64,000 nucleotides of DNA from Chthoniobacterales bacterium (GCA_015655545.1 JAATET010000031.1:18099-82098), one strand, 5' to 3'; numbered from the stretch's first letter, positions 1-11,707 are shown. The notes: a model not told the origin generated them from the sequence alone. Made by a program: numbers and translations.

Positions 1-10
1 GTTTTTCGCC

Positions 11-394
11 GTGGTCGTGCGATTGACAGCGCGCCGAATCCGCAAAAGGCTTCTCCCCGTGATCGAATCCCCCATCGACCAAGCCCGCCGGATCAACCGC
101 ACCTGGATCGTCCATGGAAACTTGTCCGCGGATACCGAACGGTATCTTGCCCTTTTGGAAAGCCGGCGGCCCGAATTGCTCCGCGAAGTCTGCGAGCGCG
201 CGGTGGCTTCGACACGCATCGCATCGAAGGAGCAGCGCGACCCCAAGCCGGATTTTTACGCGGAGATCTTCCGCCATGCCACGCAAGAAGAGCGGGCCGA
301 ATATCTCAACAATCATCCCTGGACCCAGAAGCTCCTCGCCCGGCTCTGGACCAATGAACTTGCCGTCGCGCGGAACCCGCCGGACAAATCCTAG
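11..394 (+). CDS. hypothetical protein
   Basis: 127-aa ORF with host-like codon usage; start uncertain at the window edge; no family recognised. Confidence 0.55.
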   Translation: MVVRLTARRIRKRLLPVIESPIDQARRINRTWIVHGNLSADTERYLALLESRRPELLREVCERAVASTRIASKEQRDPKPDFYAEIFRHATQEERAEYLNNHPWTQKLLARLWTNELAVARNPPDKS

Positions 395-430
395 GCGGCC
401 CGATTTTCCACGAAACCTTTCGTAAAAAGT

Positions 431-462
431 AAAACCCGCCTCCGTTTCCGAAAGCGGGCTTT
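431..462 (-). terminator. putative intrinsic terminator (minus strand)
   Basis: On the minus strand AAAGCCCGCTTTCG-GAAA-CGGAGGCGGGTTTT forms a hairpin, followed by ACTTTTT; lies downstream of the 516-653 ORF. Confidence 0.55.
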
Positions 463-515
463 AAGGTTTTGGCACCTGCCGCCACGCTACCTCGCGGAGC
501 CATGAAAGCAAGCCG

Positions 516-653
516 CTACTTTTCGAAGCACCACACGTAGAGGCCGAAGGCCACATGCAGCACCACCGCCAGCGTGCAGAGAATAATGGTCAGAAAAATT
601 CTCGGGTAACGAAGGTAATGATACCATCGATCGGGCGGGCGTGGTGGAGGCAT
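516..653 (-). CDS. small (45 aa) single-pass membrane protein
   Basis: MPPPRPPDRWYHYLRYPRIFLTIILCTLAVVLHVAFGLYVWCFEK; ATG at 653, hydrophobic helix, followed by a terminator. Confidence 0.55.
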   Translation of the reverse strand: MPPPRPPDRWYHYLRYPRIFLTIILCTLAVVLHVAFGLYVWCFEK

Positions 654-718
654 CGGAGTTGCGAACACATTAGCAGCATGCCGGCCGGCGACAAGCGAAG
701 GGGCCCGCGGACGCTGCG

Positions 719-1276
719 TCATGGGGCTTCCGCGACATCGAGGTATTGCTCGCGGAAAAGCACCCACGTGTCGTTCGCATCCTCGAGGCTGTTGCGGCGC
801 GCGATATTCAGCGTGATCTGCAGCTCCTGCAGCGCGCGGTCGAAAGCACTCCGCTCGGGCCGCCGGCTCATTCCCAGCTCCTCGCGCAAGACAGCCGTCG
901 GATACGGATCGTGGCGGAGAACGGCGTAAATTTTCTGCGCGAGGGCGCTGCATTCCTTCAGCGGACGATGGTGCTTCGGATAATGACTGGCGCGCAGATG
1001 ATCCATGCTCATCAGCACCGCGAGCCCGCCGGAAATTTTGCCGTAAAAAATCTCGTCGGGATAAATGGCGGGCAGCTCGTTCTTCCAGCCCCAGATCGCG
1101 GTCACGCGCCGGCCCCAGCCTTTTTCACCGGGGCGTCGCGTCGGCAGATCGGTCGCATCCCACAAGCTCGGCATGCGTCCTTTCGCGTCCGAGAAGATCC
1201 CGCAGAGCCCGACCTCGAGCACGAAGGCCCGGGCCTGCTTCAACGTTCGGATGGAATGGGTTTTGCGACGCGTCAT
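719..1276 (-). CDS. AlkZ-related winged-helix hypothetical protein
   Basis: Motifs PSLWDA, W.WKNELP, FYGK and ALQELQITLNI resemble AlkZ-like/wHTH hypothetical families. Confidence 0.6.
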   Translation of the reverse strand: MTRRKTHSIRTLKQARAFVLEVGLCGIFSDAKGRMPSLWDATDLPTRRPGEKGWGRRVTAIWGWKNELPAIYPDEIFYGKISGGLAVLMSMDHLRASHYPKHHRPLKECSALAQKIYAVLRHDPYPTAVLREELGMSRRPERSAFDRALQELQITLNIARRNSLEDANDTWVLFREQYLDVAEAP

Positions 1277-1309
1277 TCAAATAACTTTCCGTGAAAGGCC
1301 GGGGCCGTC

Positions 1310-1633
1310 ATGGTGAATCGGACCATGCCGGATGCCGAACCGAATCTGCGCGAGCTCAAAAGCCGCGCCCAACAGCTCAAGCCCGCCATCCGCCTCGGCA
1401 AGGCCGGATTGACGCCCGAATTTCTCGCCGCCTTCGACGAGACGCTGCAGCGCCTGGCCCTCGTGAAGCTCCGCTTCGAGGACTTCAAGGACGAGCGTAA
1501 AACTCTTTCCAAACAACTCGCCGAGCAAAGCGGCAGCCGCCTCGTGCAGCAGGTCGGCCACACTGCGGTCTTCTACCGCGCGAAGGCCGCTCCGGCTCCA
1601 AAGACGGAAAGCGCCGCCGCCGACGAAGTCTAG
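1310..1633 (+). CDS. yhbY: YhbY/CRM-domain RNA-binding protein
   Basis: LKSRAQQLKPAIRLGKAGLT...LVKLRF...VQQVGHTAVFYR signature. Confidence 0.9.
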   Translation: MVNRTMPDAEPNLRELKSRAQQLKPAIRLGKAGLTPEFLAAFDETLQRLALVKLRFEDFKDERKTLSKQLAEQSGSRLVQQVGHTAVFYRAKAAPAPKTESAAADEV

Positions 1634-2112
1634 TGGTGGTGTCCGCCCGGGCCGTGGACATGGCCGTGGGCGACCTCTTCCTCGGTGGCGTCGCGGACGT
1701 CGCGAATCGTCACGTCGAAGTGCAGCGTCGCGCCCGCAAGCGGGTGATTCGCGTCGAGTGTAACCTCATCGCCCTCGATTTTTGTAATCGTGACGACTTG
1801 CCGGCCGTGGCCGCCACTCGCGTGGAGCTGCATGCCGATTTTGAGCTCGCCCACGCCCTGGATGCTCTTTTTCGGCACGACCATGAGGCTGGAATCGTCG
1901 CGCACGCCATAGCCATCCTCCGGCTTGATCGTCACCTGGAGGGAATCCCCCGCGCTTTTGCCGTCGAGTTCCTTCTCGAGGCCGGAAATCAACTGCCCCA
2001 CCCCATGGAGATAGGTGAGCGGATCGCCGCCGTCGGAACTGTCGAGGACCTGCTTTTTGTCGTCGGTGAGCGTGTAGTCGATGCTGACCACTTTGCCGGT
2101 GGAGATTTGCAT
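1630..2112 (-). CDS. slyD: FKBP-type peptidyl-prolyl isomerase SlyD
   Basis: YLHG..QLISGLE, DANHPLAG, His-rich tail GHVHGPGGHHH. Confidence 0.95.
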   Translation of the reverse strand: MQISTGKVVSIDYTLTDDKKQVLDSSDGGDPLTYLHGVGQLISGLEKELDGKSAGDSLQVTIKPEDGYGVRDDSSLMVVPKKSIQGVGELKIGMQLHASGGHGRQVVTITKIEGDEVTLDANHPLAGATLHFDVTIRDVRDATEEEVAHGHVHGPGGHHH

Positions 2113-2216
2113 GCGGGAATCCTCTCCGCAGAAATATGCGTTCGGAAGAAAATTTTCGTCCGCAGCTCGAAAACGCTCGCCGGAGTCAGTCGCCGATCTC
2201 CACTAATGGTGTGTTC

Positions 2217-3473
2217 ATGCGCATCGTTTTCGCCTCCCTCGGCTCGCTGGGCGACCTCCATCCGATCCTGGCGCTCGCCGCCGCGAGTCGCGACCGGGGG
2301 CACGTGCCTGTCATCGCCGCCTCCGAGACGTATCGCGGATACGTGGCCTCGCTGGGCTTCGAGTTTCATCGCATCCGGCCCGACTTCGAGCCGGATCCCG
2401 TCGTGCTCGAGCAATTGTTCCATCCGCGCCGCGGGCCGAAGCATCTCATGTGCGAGGAGGTTTTTCCACGGGTGCGCGAGACCTACGCGGATCTGCTCGA
2501 GGCTGGCCGGGCGGCGGATTTTCTCGTGGTCGGCGAGCTGCTTTACGTCGCTCCGCTGGTCGCCGCCAAACTCGGGATTCCATGGACGAATGTCATTCTG
2601 GCGCCGACGTCGTTCCTGTCCGCCTGCGATCCGTGCGTGCTCGCGCCGGTTCCCGCCCTGCATGGCCTTCGCCATTTTGGCACCTGGCCGCATCGGTTGA
2701 TTTTTGCGCTGGGCCGCGTCGTGACCTCGCGCTGGAGCGCGCCGCTGCGGGCCTTCCGCCGCGAGCTCGGTTTTCCCGCCGGACCCAGCCCGGTCTTCGA
2801 CGGCAAGCATTCGCCGCATCTGGTGCTGGCGATGTTCCCGGATTTTCTGGCCGCGCCGCAGCCGGATTGGCCTGCCAAAGTCGTCCAAACCGGCTTTCCC
2901 TTCTTTGCGCAACCCAGCCGCCCCGGAAATGTGGAAAAATTGGAGGCGTTTCTGGCCGCGGGCGAGCCTCCCCTGGTTTTTACGCTCGGCTCGTCGGTCG
3001 TTCACATCGCGGAGAATTTCTACCAATCCGCCGCCGAAGCCGCCCGCGTGCTGGGACGGCGCGCCATTCTGCTGTCCGGAAAAAATCCATTGCCCGCCAC
3101 GCTGCCCGAGGGCGTGATCGCCATCGACTACGCGCCGCTGGAATCGGTGCTGCCGCGCGCCGCCGCGGTCATTCACCAAGGCGGCATCGGCACCTGCGGA
3201 GAGGCCCTGCGCGCGGGCATTCCCTCGCTCGTGATTCCCTTCGGCTTCGATCAACCGGACAATGGCGAGCGCTTGCGCCGCCTTGGCGTCGGGAAAGTTC
3301 TTCGGCGCAACCGATTCTCCCGCGCATCGCTCATCTCCAGTCTGCGCGGGCTTTTGGGCGATCCAGCCATGGCGTCGCGGGCGCGGGAATTTTCCCGCCG
3401 CGTTCGTCCCGACATCGATCTCGCCGAATCCCTCGCGGCGATCGAACGCATCGGCTCGCGAAGCGGGACTTGA
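2217..3473 (+). CDS. GT1-family (GT-B) glycosyltransferase
   Basis: N-terminal GSLGDLHP; C-terminal HQGGIGT...PFGFDQPDN. Confidence 0.9.
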   Translation: MRIVFASLGSLGDLHPILALAAASRDRGHVPVIAASETYRGYVASLGFEFHRIRPDFEPDPVVLEQLFHPRRGPKHLMCEEVFPRVRETYADLLEAGRAADFLVVGELLYVAPLVAAKLGIPWTNVILAPTSFLSACDPCVLAPVPALHGLRHFGTWPHRLIFALGRVVTSRWSAPLRAFRRELGFPAGPSPVFDGKHSPHLVLAMFPDFLAAPQPDWPAKVVQTGFPFFAQPSRPGNVEKLEAFLAAGEPPLVFTLGSSVVHIAENFYQSAAEAARVLGRRAILLSGKNPLPATLPEGVIAIDYAPLESVLPRAAAVIHQGGIGTCGEALRAGIPSLVIPFGFDQPDNGERLRRLGVGKVLRRNRFSRASLISSLRGLLGDPAMASRAREFSRRVRPDIDLAESLAAIERIGSRSGT

Positions 3474-3502
3474 TTTGCACGGCCGCCTGTTAAAGTCGGC
3501 CG

Positions 3503-5359
<1,857 letters not shown>

Positions 5360-5362
5360 GCG

Positions 5363-6238
5363 TTATTTCGCGACGAGGGCGACGAGCGCCTTCGGCATGG
5401 GCGACGTGAAGCTCATCTCCTCGCCGGTTTTCGGATGCGGGAAGTGCAGCGCGGTCGCGTGGAGGGCGAGGCGTTTGGCGGCATTGGTTTTCGCGTCGTA
5501 TTTCTCATCGCCGACGATCGGGCATCCGGCCTCCGCGAGTTGCACGCGGATTTGATGACGGCGCCCCGTCTGCAGCTTCAGCTCGACCAGCGAGCGCGTG
5601 CGATTCTCGGACAGCACCTGGTAATGCGTCACCGCGTGGCGGGTGTGCTCGCTTTTTTTAGCGGCGAAAACCTTGTGGCGGTTCCGCTCGTCGAGGTCGC
5701 ATTCGAACGTGCCCTTTTTTTCCGGAAGATGCCCCTCGATCACGGCTTCGTAGGTTTTTTCCACGTCCTCCCAGCCGGATTGGAGCGTTTGCTTCGCTTC
5801 GGGAGTCTTCGCGAAAACCATCAGGCCCGAAGTCTCCTTGTCGAGCCGGTGCACGATCCACACCCGCTCGCGGCTGCGGCCGTTCCCCTGGCGCAAATAA
5901 TCGGTGAGTTGAAAATAGGCGGTCTTCTCTCCCTCGTCCTTGCTGGCGATGCTCAGCAGATCGGCGGGCTTGTCGATGACGATCAAATGCGCGTCCTCGA
6001 ACCACGCCTTCATGCCGCCGCCGAGCAGGGTCTTCGGCACCGCGTGGCGGTCGGAGCGAATCGCCACGATATCGCCAGGGACGAGCGGATGGTTGAATTG
6101 CGTGACGGGGCGGCCATTCACCGTCACCGCTTGGAATTTCAACCACGTGCGGATCTTGATTTTCTTTACCTCGGGCATCGTGGCGAAGAGATACGCCAGT
6201 AATTCGGCGGGAGCGGCGACCGTGCTCGGTTTGGACAT
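5363..6238 (-). CDS. RluA-family pseudouridine synthase
   Basis: S4-like N-terminus, IDKPADL, HRLDKETSG, TGRRHQIR, GDEKY, LHA. Confidence 0.93.
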   Translation of the reverse strand: MSKPSTVAAPAELLAYLFATMPEVKKIKIRTWLKFQAVTVNGRPVTQFNHPLVPGDIVAIRSDRHAVPKTLLGGGMKAWFEDAHLIVIDKPADLLSIASKDEGEKTAYFQLTDYLRQGNGRSRERVWIVHRLDKETSGLMVFAKTPEAKQTLQSGWEDVEKTYEAVIEGHLPEKKGTFECDLDERNRHKVFAAKKSEHTRHAVTHYQVLSENRTRSLVELKLQTGRRHQIRVQLAEAGCPIVGDEKYDAKTNAAKRLALHATALHFPHPKTGEEMSFTSPMPKALVALVAK

Positions 6239-6285
6239 TGGGACGATGCTAGCAGATTTTTTCGAACGCGCTGCAGATCGTATTT

Positions 6286-7314
6286 TCAGCGTCTTGCCCA
6301 GCGGAGTTTTGCCGAAGTGGCGCGCGGATTCGCACGGCATTCTTCGGCGGAGGGACGAATGACATCCTCCGCGATGGAGGAATATTGCCGCGCGCGCAAC
6401 GCGGCCTGGAACGATTTTTTCACGCGACGATCCTCGCCGGAGTGAAAGGTGAGAATTGCCACCCGTCCGCCCGGGTTCAGGCATTCCGGCAGATGGCGCA
6501 GGAGCGTGTCGAGCGCGGTGAATTCTTCGTTCACGGCAATGCGCAGCGCTTGGAAAACACGACGCGCGACTTTATCGCGCTCGTCGTCGGAGACGTTCGG
6601 CAATGCGGAGCGAATCGCGGCGGCGAGATCGGTCGTGAGCGCGAAGGTTTTGCCCGCGAGCTTTGACGAAAGCACCGCGGCGCGCGGTTCGTCGGCGTTT
6701 TCCGTCAAGAGTTCCGCGAGGGTTTCCGGCCGCACCCGCGCAAGCAACGCGGCCGCGGATTCGCCCTTTTTCGGATTCATGCGCATGTCGAGCGGACCGG
6801 GATTTTTTAGGGAAAATCCCCGCGCCGGCGTGTCGATCTGCATCGAAGAAACGCCGAGGTCGGCGAGGATGCAGTCCGCGCCGGACAAACCCTCGGCAGC
6901 CAGCACGCGCTTCAGCCCCGCGAAGTTTGACCGCCGCGCGAGAAATGCCTGGGGGCCGAAACCCAGTGCCCGCAAACGCTCTTCGGTGCGCGGTTGCTCG
7001 AGCGGGTCGACGTCGATTCCGATCAGTCGTCCGCCCGGCGCGATTCGCGGGAGAATTTCCCGCGCGTGGCCGCCGTAGCCGAGCGTGCAATCGACCGCGA
7101 CATCGCCGGGTTGCGGAGCCAGCGCATCGAGAATCTCCCGCAGCAAAATCGGCACGTGCATTCCGGCGGGTGTCTTGCCCGATGCGATGACGTGCGCGAC
7201 GATTTCCGGATATTTGAGCGGATCGAGCTCCTTGTATTTTTCCTCGAAGCGGCGGGGATTTTTTCCGGCGTAGCGCGGTCGCCGACGGTGCGGGGCCGGA
7301 GCATCGTCGCTCAC
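6286..7314 (-). CDS. rsmH: 16S rRNA m4C1402 methyltransferase RsmH (N-terminally extended form)
   Basis: HVPIL, DCTLGYGGH, DLGVSSMQID, LDMRM, FQALRIAVNEE, FHSGEDR, NPRATSAKLR. Confidence 0.93.
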   Translation of the reverse strand: MSDDAPAPHRRRPRYAGKNPRRFEEKYKELDPLKYPEIVAHVIASGKTPAGMHVPILLREILDALAPQPGDVAVDCTLGYGGHAREILPRIAPGGRLIGIDVDPLEQPRTEERLRALGFGPQAFLARRSNFAGLKRVLAAEGLSGADCILADLGVSSMQIDTPARGFSLKNPGPLDMRMNPKKGESAAALLARVRPETLAELLTENADEPRAAVLSSKLAGKTFALTTDLAAAIRSALPNVSDDERDKVARRVFQALRIAVNEEFTALDTLLRHLPECLNPGGRVAILTFHSGEDRRVKKSFQAALRARQYSSIAEDVIRPSAEECRANPRATSAKLRWARR

Positions 7315-7661
7315 AGTTCGTTGTATTTCCTGTTCGAGCCTTTTGACCTAGCGACCGGATAGCGCTCGTTGTTGCGGGCGAGTTTCGTGCGGATGGCGGC
7401 GGCAAGGTCGATGCGACAATTATCCGCAAGCTCGAGGAGCAGGATCGCCACATTGGCGATTTCGGATTCGATCTCCGCACGGCGCTCGGTCACGCGTCGT
7501 TCGGATTGTTCGGCGCTCTGCCAGACGAAATGCTGGAGCAATTCACCCGCCTCCGCGGTGATGGCGACGGCGAGCTCCTTGGGGTTGTGAAATTGCAGCC
7601 AGTCGCGCGCGTCCCGAAAATCGCGGATCTCGGAGGTCAAAGTCTCGATGGTCGTCGCCAT
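7311..7661 (-). CDS. MazG-like nucleotide pyrophosphohydrolase
   Basis: RDWLQFHNPKELA...EAGELL...EIANV (Asp expected at the Asn)...NNERYP. Confidence 0.9.
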   Translation of the reverse strand: MATTIETLTSEIRDFRDARDWLQFHNPKELAVAITAEAGELLQHFVWQSAEQSERRVTERRAEIESEIANVAILLLELADNCRIDLAAAIRTKLARNNERYPVARSKGSNRKYNEL

Positions 7662-7847
7662 GGTCGGAGACTAGAGATTTTCCAGGCAAAAGGAATCCCG
7701 GGATGGCCTTTCGACACGATGTTTTGGAGGTGGATAAAGATGCACATCAGCCCGAGGCTGTCAGGCGGAAAGAGCACAGAGCGGTGCCGGCCGCCATTTC
7801 TGGCTGGTCACGGCCTTTAGTTACGGACTAATGCTCACGGATTGCCG

Positions 7848-8768
7848 ATGGACCGCTTTTCCATTTACCTGCTCGGAGCGCTTGCCGCAGTGCTCATCGC
7901 ATTCGGGGTGGTGGCCTATTCACGGCATCATGAAGTCGCGGAAACCCCTGCTGATCGTGCGATTTCGGTCACTTCGGCCGCGGTCACTCCGACGCCGACT
8001 CCGCAACCGCTTTTCGCAGCAGCCCCCGGCGGGACGCCTCCCGTCTCTGCGCTGGAAAATGCTTCGTTGGTTCCCCTGGTCTCGGCCAGCGCCACGACAT
8101 CGGCGCTCGATATGCCTCTCCTGGCGTCCGTGCCGACGCCGATCCCGTGGAGCCCGCCGAATTACGGAAAAGTGACGACGGTCATTTATCCCGGATTTAC
8201 GGTGGTGTATTCCTCGGCGCTGGGAAATCCCGCTGCCGTTCAATACGCGATGGTGCAGGGCGCCAAGCCGAAGCGCTACCCGCAGCCGGTGAAAGTGAAA
8301 ACGCCGGATCCGCGTCTCTTTCACAATGCGGGCTACTCCGCCGGCACGATGGCTTTTCCGGGATCGATCAGCCTTTATTTTGGCAAGCAAGCGGGCGCGA
8401 ATACGAGCCTCATGCCGAATCTCTGCGCGTTCGACCCGGCGACGTTGGCGGGACCGTGGTCCAAGCTGGCGGAGCTCGAGGTGAAATACGCTTCGACCTA
8501 CAAGTGGATCGAGATCGTGACGGGCCCGGTCTTCACGACCCCTCCGACGCAGGCAGGCAGCCTCATCGTGCCGTCCGCGTTCTACCGTGTCTATCGCCGG
8601 TCCTATGGCGATTGTCTGGCTTTCATCGTCCCGCAAGGGGCTGCCTCCACCAAAATGGAGACATATTTGACGAGCGTCTCCACCGTCGAGGCGGCGACGG
8701 GATTGCCCATTTTTGCAAATACCCTGGTGCCGGAGGCGCGAGATCAAGTCCCGGAGGCGGTATGGTAG
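7848..8768 (+). CDS. membrane-anchored DNA/RNA non-specific endonuclease-like protein, catalytic motif degenerate
   Basis: N-terminal TM helix, Pro/Thr linker, then GFTVVYS, IVTGPVF, VPSAFYRV, AFIVP, VEAATGL; GYSAGTMA replaces GYDRGHLA. Confidence 0.75.
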   Translation: MDRFSIYLLGALAAVLIAFGVVAYSRHHEVAETPADRAISVTSAAVTPTPTPQPLFAAAPGGTPPVSALENASLVPLVSASATTSALDMPLLASVPTPIPWSPPNYGKVTTVIYPGFTVVYSSALGNPAAVQYAMVQGAKPKRYPQPVKVKTPDPRLFHNAGYSAGTMAFPGSISLYFGKQAGANTSLMPNLCAFDPATLAGPWSKLAELEVKYASTYKWIEIVTGPVFTTPPTQAGSLIVPSAFYRVYRRSYGDCLAFIVPQGAASTKMETYLTSVSTVEAATGLPIFANTLVPEARDQVPEAVW

Positions 8769-8887
8769 CGGACCGGGAGTTCGAGAGAGTGCTCGTTGGC
8801 TTCTGAAAATTTGGCAGGGAGAATTTCTGATTTGCAAGTCGCGCGGAATGAGTTAACTTTTCAGCAGATTTCCCCCCCTGAAAACAA

Positions 8888-8921
8888 GGACCGGCCCGAG
8901 GTGCAAACCTCGGGCCGGTCC
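8888..8921. terminator. perfect 15-bp hairpin with GCAA loop (terminator or protein-binding palindrome)
   Basis: GGACCGGCCCGAGGT-GCAA-ACCTCGGGCCGGTCC with short A/T tracts on both sides. Confidence 0.65.
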
Positions 8922-8955
8922 GGTTTTGAGATTCTTTATAAAAATCCTGTTGCAC

Positions 8956-8971
8956 TGGCACGGGAGGTGCA
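8956..8971 (+). promoter_or_regulatory. putative sigma-54 (-24/-12) promoter
   Basis: TGGCACGGGAGGTGCA: GG and GC separated by exactly 10 nt; close to consensus TGGCAC-N5-TTGC. Confidence 0.6.
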
Positions 8972-8981
8972 TACCTTAAGC

Positions 8982-9041
8982 CTTGTTCTGGGGGGAACAA
9001 CAGGCCGTCGTGGCATTCGTCGCGGCGGCCTGTATTTTTTT
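8982..9041 (+). ncRNA. candidate ~60-nt small RNA
   Basis: Hairpin TTGTTC-TGGGGG-GAACAA, then a 15-bp stem with 3 G-U pairs and a U7 tract, starting at the predicted +1 of the sigma-54 motif. Confidence 0.5.
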
Positions 9042-9149
9042 CGGTGCGGGCCGAAAGGGAGGAATCGAGCTCTACTTCGGCAATCCAGGCCTTCCCGCGA
9101 ATCCGGCTTGTCAGGCGCGGCTTCCGCTTCTCTATTCGATTTTCGCCCG

Positions 9150-10970
9150 ATGCCTGTCTTCACGAACATTGCAGCCTACAAATTCGCTCCGCTCACGGGC
9201 TTGAAGCCGTTGCGCGAGCGGCTGATCGCGCGATGCAAGGAGGGGGGGCTCCGAGGCACCATCCTGCTCAGCACCGAGGGGATCAATCTCTTCGCTGCCG
9301 GCCCGGCTGCGGAGATCGATCGGCTCCTCGCGGAATTGCGCGAGACTCCGGGACTGGGCGATCTTTCCCCGAAGATCAGCGAGAGCGATCACCAGCCGTT
9401 CACGCGCATGCTGGTGCGCATCAAAAAAGAAATCATCGCTTTCGGCGTGGAGGGCATCGATCCCGCGGCCCGCCCTTCGCCGAAGCTCGCGGCGCGCACG
9501 CTCAAGCAATGGCTCGACGAAGGCCGCCCGCTCACGCTGCTCGACACGCGCAACGATTACGAAGTGAAGCTTGGCACGTTCCAGGGCGCGCACACGCTCG
9601 GCATCGATCATTTCCGCCAGTTTCCCGCCGCGGTCGATGCGCTGCCGGCCGCGATGAAGCAGCGGCCGATCGTGATGTTTTGCACGGGCGGGATTCGCTG
9701 CGAGAAGGCGGGGCCGTTCATGGAGCGGCGGGGGTTTCAAAATATTTTCCAGCTCGATGGCGGCATCCTGAAATATTTCGAGGAGGTCGGCGGCGCGCAT
9801 TACGACGGCGAGTGCTTTGTCTTCGACCAGCGCGTCGGCGTGGATCCGGCGCTGCGCGAGACGGATTCGTAGCAATGCTTCGTCTGCCAGACTCCGCTCG
9901 ATGCCGCCGACCAGCGCGATCCCCGCTATGTGCCGGGAAAGTCCTGCCCGTATTGCGAAAAAATCCTCGCCGACCGCATGGCGGGGAATCTCGCGCGGCG
10001 AAACGAATCCCTTCGCCGTGCCGCCACTCCGTTGCCGGGCGCGGAGCCTTATGACAACCGCCGTCCGTTGAATGTGCCGGCCGCGTTCGATGGCGCGACG
10101 TTGATCGATCTGCTTTGCGGGATCTTTCCGCAGGCGTCGCGCGAAGACTGGCTCAAGCTCTGCGAAGGCGGACAATTCGCCAAGGAAGACGGGCGCTTGC
10201 TGGAGGCGAACGAGATTGTGCGCGCGGGCGAGCGCTGCTTTCGGCTGATGCCGGCGACCGTGGAGCCGGCCGTGAATGCCGCCGTCCGCGTTCTTTACGA
10301 AGACGAGGCCGTCGTCGTGATCGACAAGCCGGCGCCGCTGCCGATGCATCCTTGCGGACGTTTCAATCGCAATACGCTCCAATTCATCTTGAATGCGGCC
10401 TACGCCCCGCAAAAGCCCCGCCCCGCGCACCGCCTCGATGCGAATACGACCGGCCTCGTCGTCTGCGGGCGCACGCGCCATTTCGCGGCGTTGTTGCAGC
10501 CGCAGTTCGAGCGTGGCGAAGTGAAGAAGACCTATCTCGTCGCGGTGCGGGGGCATCCCGCGCGGGATTCATTCACCTGCGACGCGCGGATTGGCACCGA
10601 GCCGACCGGCCCGGGCGCGCGGCGGATCGACGAGGAAAACGGCCAGCCGGCGCGCACGGAATTTCAAGTGCTGCATCGATATGAAAATGGCACCGCCTTG
10701 CTGGAGGCGCGTCCGCTCACCGGCCGCACGAATCAAATCCGCGTGCATCTCTGGCAGCTCGACCTGCCGGTCTGCGGAGATCCCGCCTACCTGCCCGCGC
10801 GAAAGATCGGCCAGGCCATGACGCTTCCACTGGAGGCGCCTCCGCTGTGCCTGCACGCCTGGCGGCTGGAGATTTGCCATCCACTCACGGGCGCGAGTTT
10901 ATCCTTCGAGGCCGCCGCGCCCGATTGGGTTCGACACTTTTCGGAAAGCGAGTGCAGTGGCATCCCATGA
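9150..10970 (+). pseudogene. trhO: TrhO (rhodanese-domain tRNA U34 hydroxylase)-RluA pseudouridine synthase fusion, interrupted by an in-frame TAG at 9870-9872
   Basis: [38 protein letters not shown]; the frame continues past TAG as QCFVCQTPL...YVPGKSCPYC, then DKPAPLP, HRLDANTTG, TGRTNQIR. Confidence 0.8.
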
Positions 10971-11707
10971 CCATTATTGAAACCTTCGCCGACCTTCCGA
11001 CTTCGCGCGGGCCGATGCGCGCGCATCTTTTCGTTCCCGCCGGCGCGGGCCGCCATCCCGGAGTCATTTTCTATTCCGAGATTTTTCAAGTCACCGGGCC
11101 GATCCGCCGCATGGCGGCGGCGTTGAGCGGACAGGGATATCTCGTCGCGGTGCCGGAGGTGTATCACGAGTTCGAGCCGCCGGGCTCCGTGCTGGCCTAC
11201 GATCAGGCAGGCTCCGATCGCGGGAATTCGCTCAAGACCACGAAGGAACTCGCGTCCTATGACGAAGATGCCGCCGTCCTCGTGAAATTTCTTTCCACGC
11301 ACGAACGCGGCACGGGAAAAATCGGCGCGTATGGCGTTTGTCTTGGCGGCCACCTGGCGGTGCGCGCCGGCCTGCATTCGGGCGTTCATGCCGTCGCGGC
11401 TTTCTATCCCACGGATCTTCACACCGGTTCGCTCGGCGCCGGAAAAAAAGACAATACCCTGGAACGGCTCGCCGGTGTGGCGACGCCCTTTTTCTTCGTG
11501 TGGGGTCGGCAGGATCCGCATGTCCCGCTCGAGGGTCGGATGAAAATCGCCGCGCGGCTGAACGAAGTCGGCACGGATTTCGAATGGCACGAATTCGATG
11601 CCGCGCACGCGTTCCTCCGCGACGAAGGCCCGCGTTACAATCCCGCCCTCGCGCACGTATGCACGAGCTTGCTGCTGCGTTTCTTCAGCGAGAAACTGCA
11701 CGAGTGA
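10967..11707 (+). CDS. dienelactone hydrolase family protein
   Basis: SEIFQVT, GVCLGG nucleophile elbow, QDPHVP, AAHAFLRD. Confidence 0.92.
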   Translation: MTIIETFADLPTSRGPMRAHLFVPAGAGRHPGVIFYSEIFQVTGPIRRMAAALSGQGYLVAVPEVYHEFEPPGSVLAYDQAGSDRGNSLKTTKELASYDEDAAVLVKFLSTHERGTGKIGAYGVCLGGHLAVRAGLHSGVHAVAAFYPTDLHTGSLGAGKKDNTLERLAGVATPFFFVWGRQDPHVPLEGRMKIAARLNEVGTDFEWHEFDAAHAFLRDEGPRYNPALAHVCTSLLLRFFSEKLHE

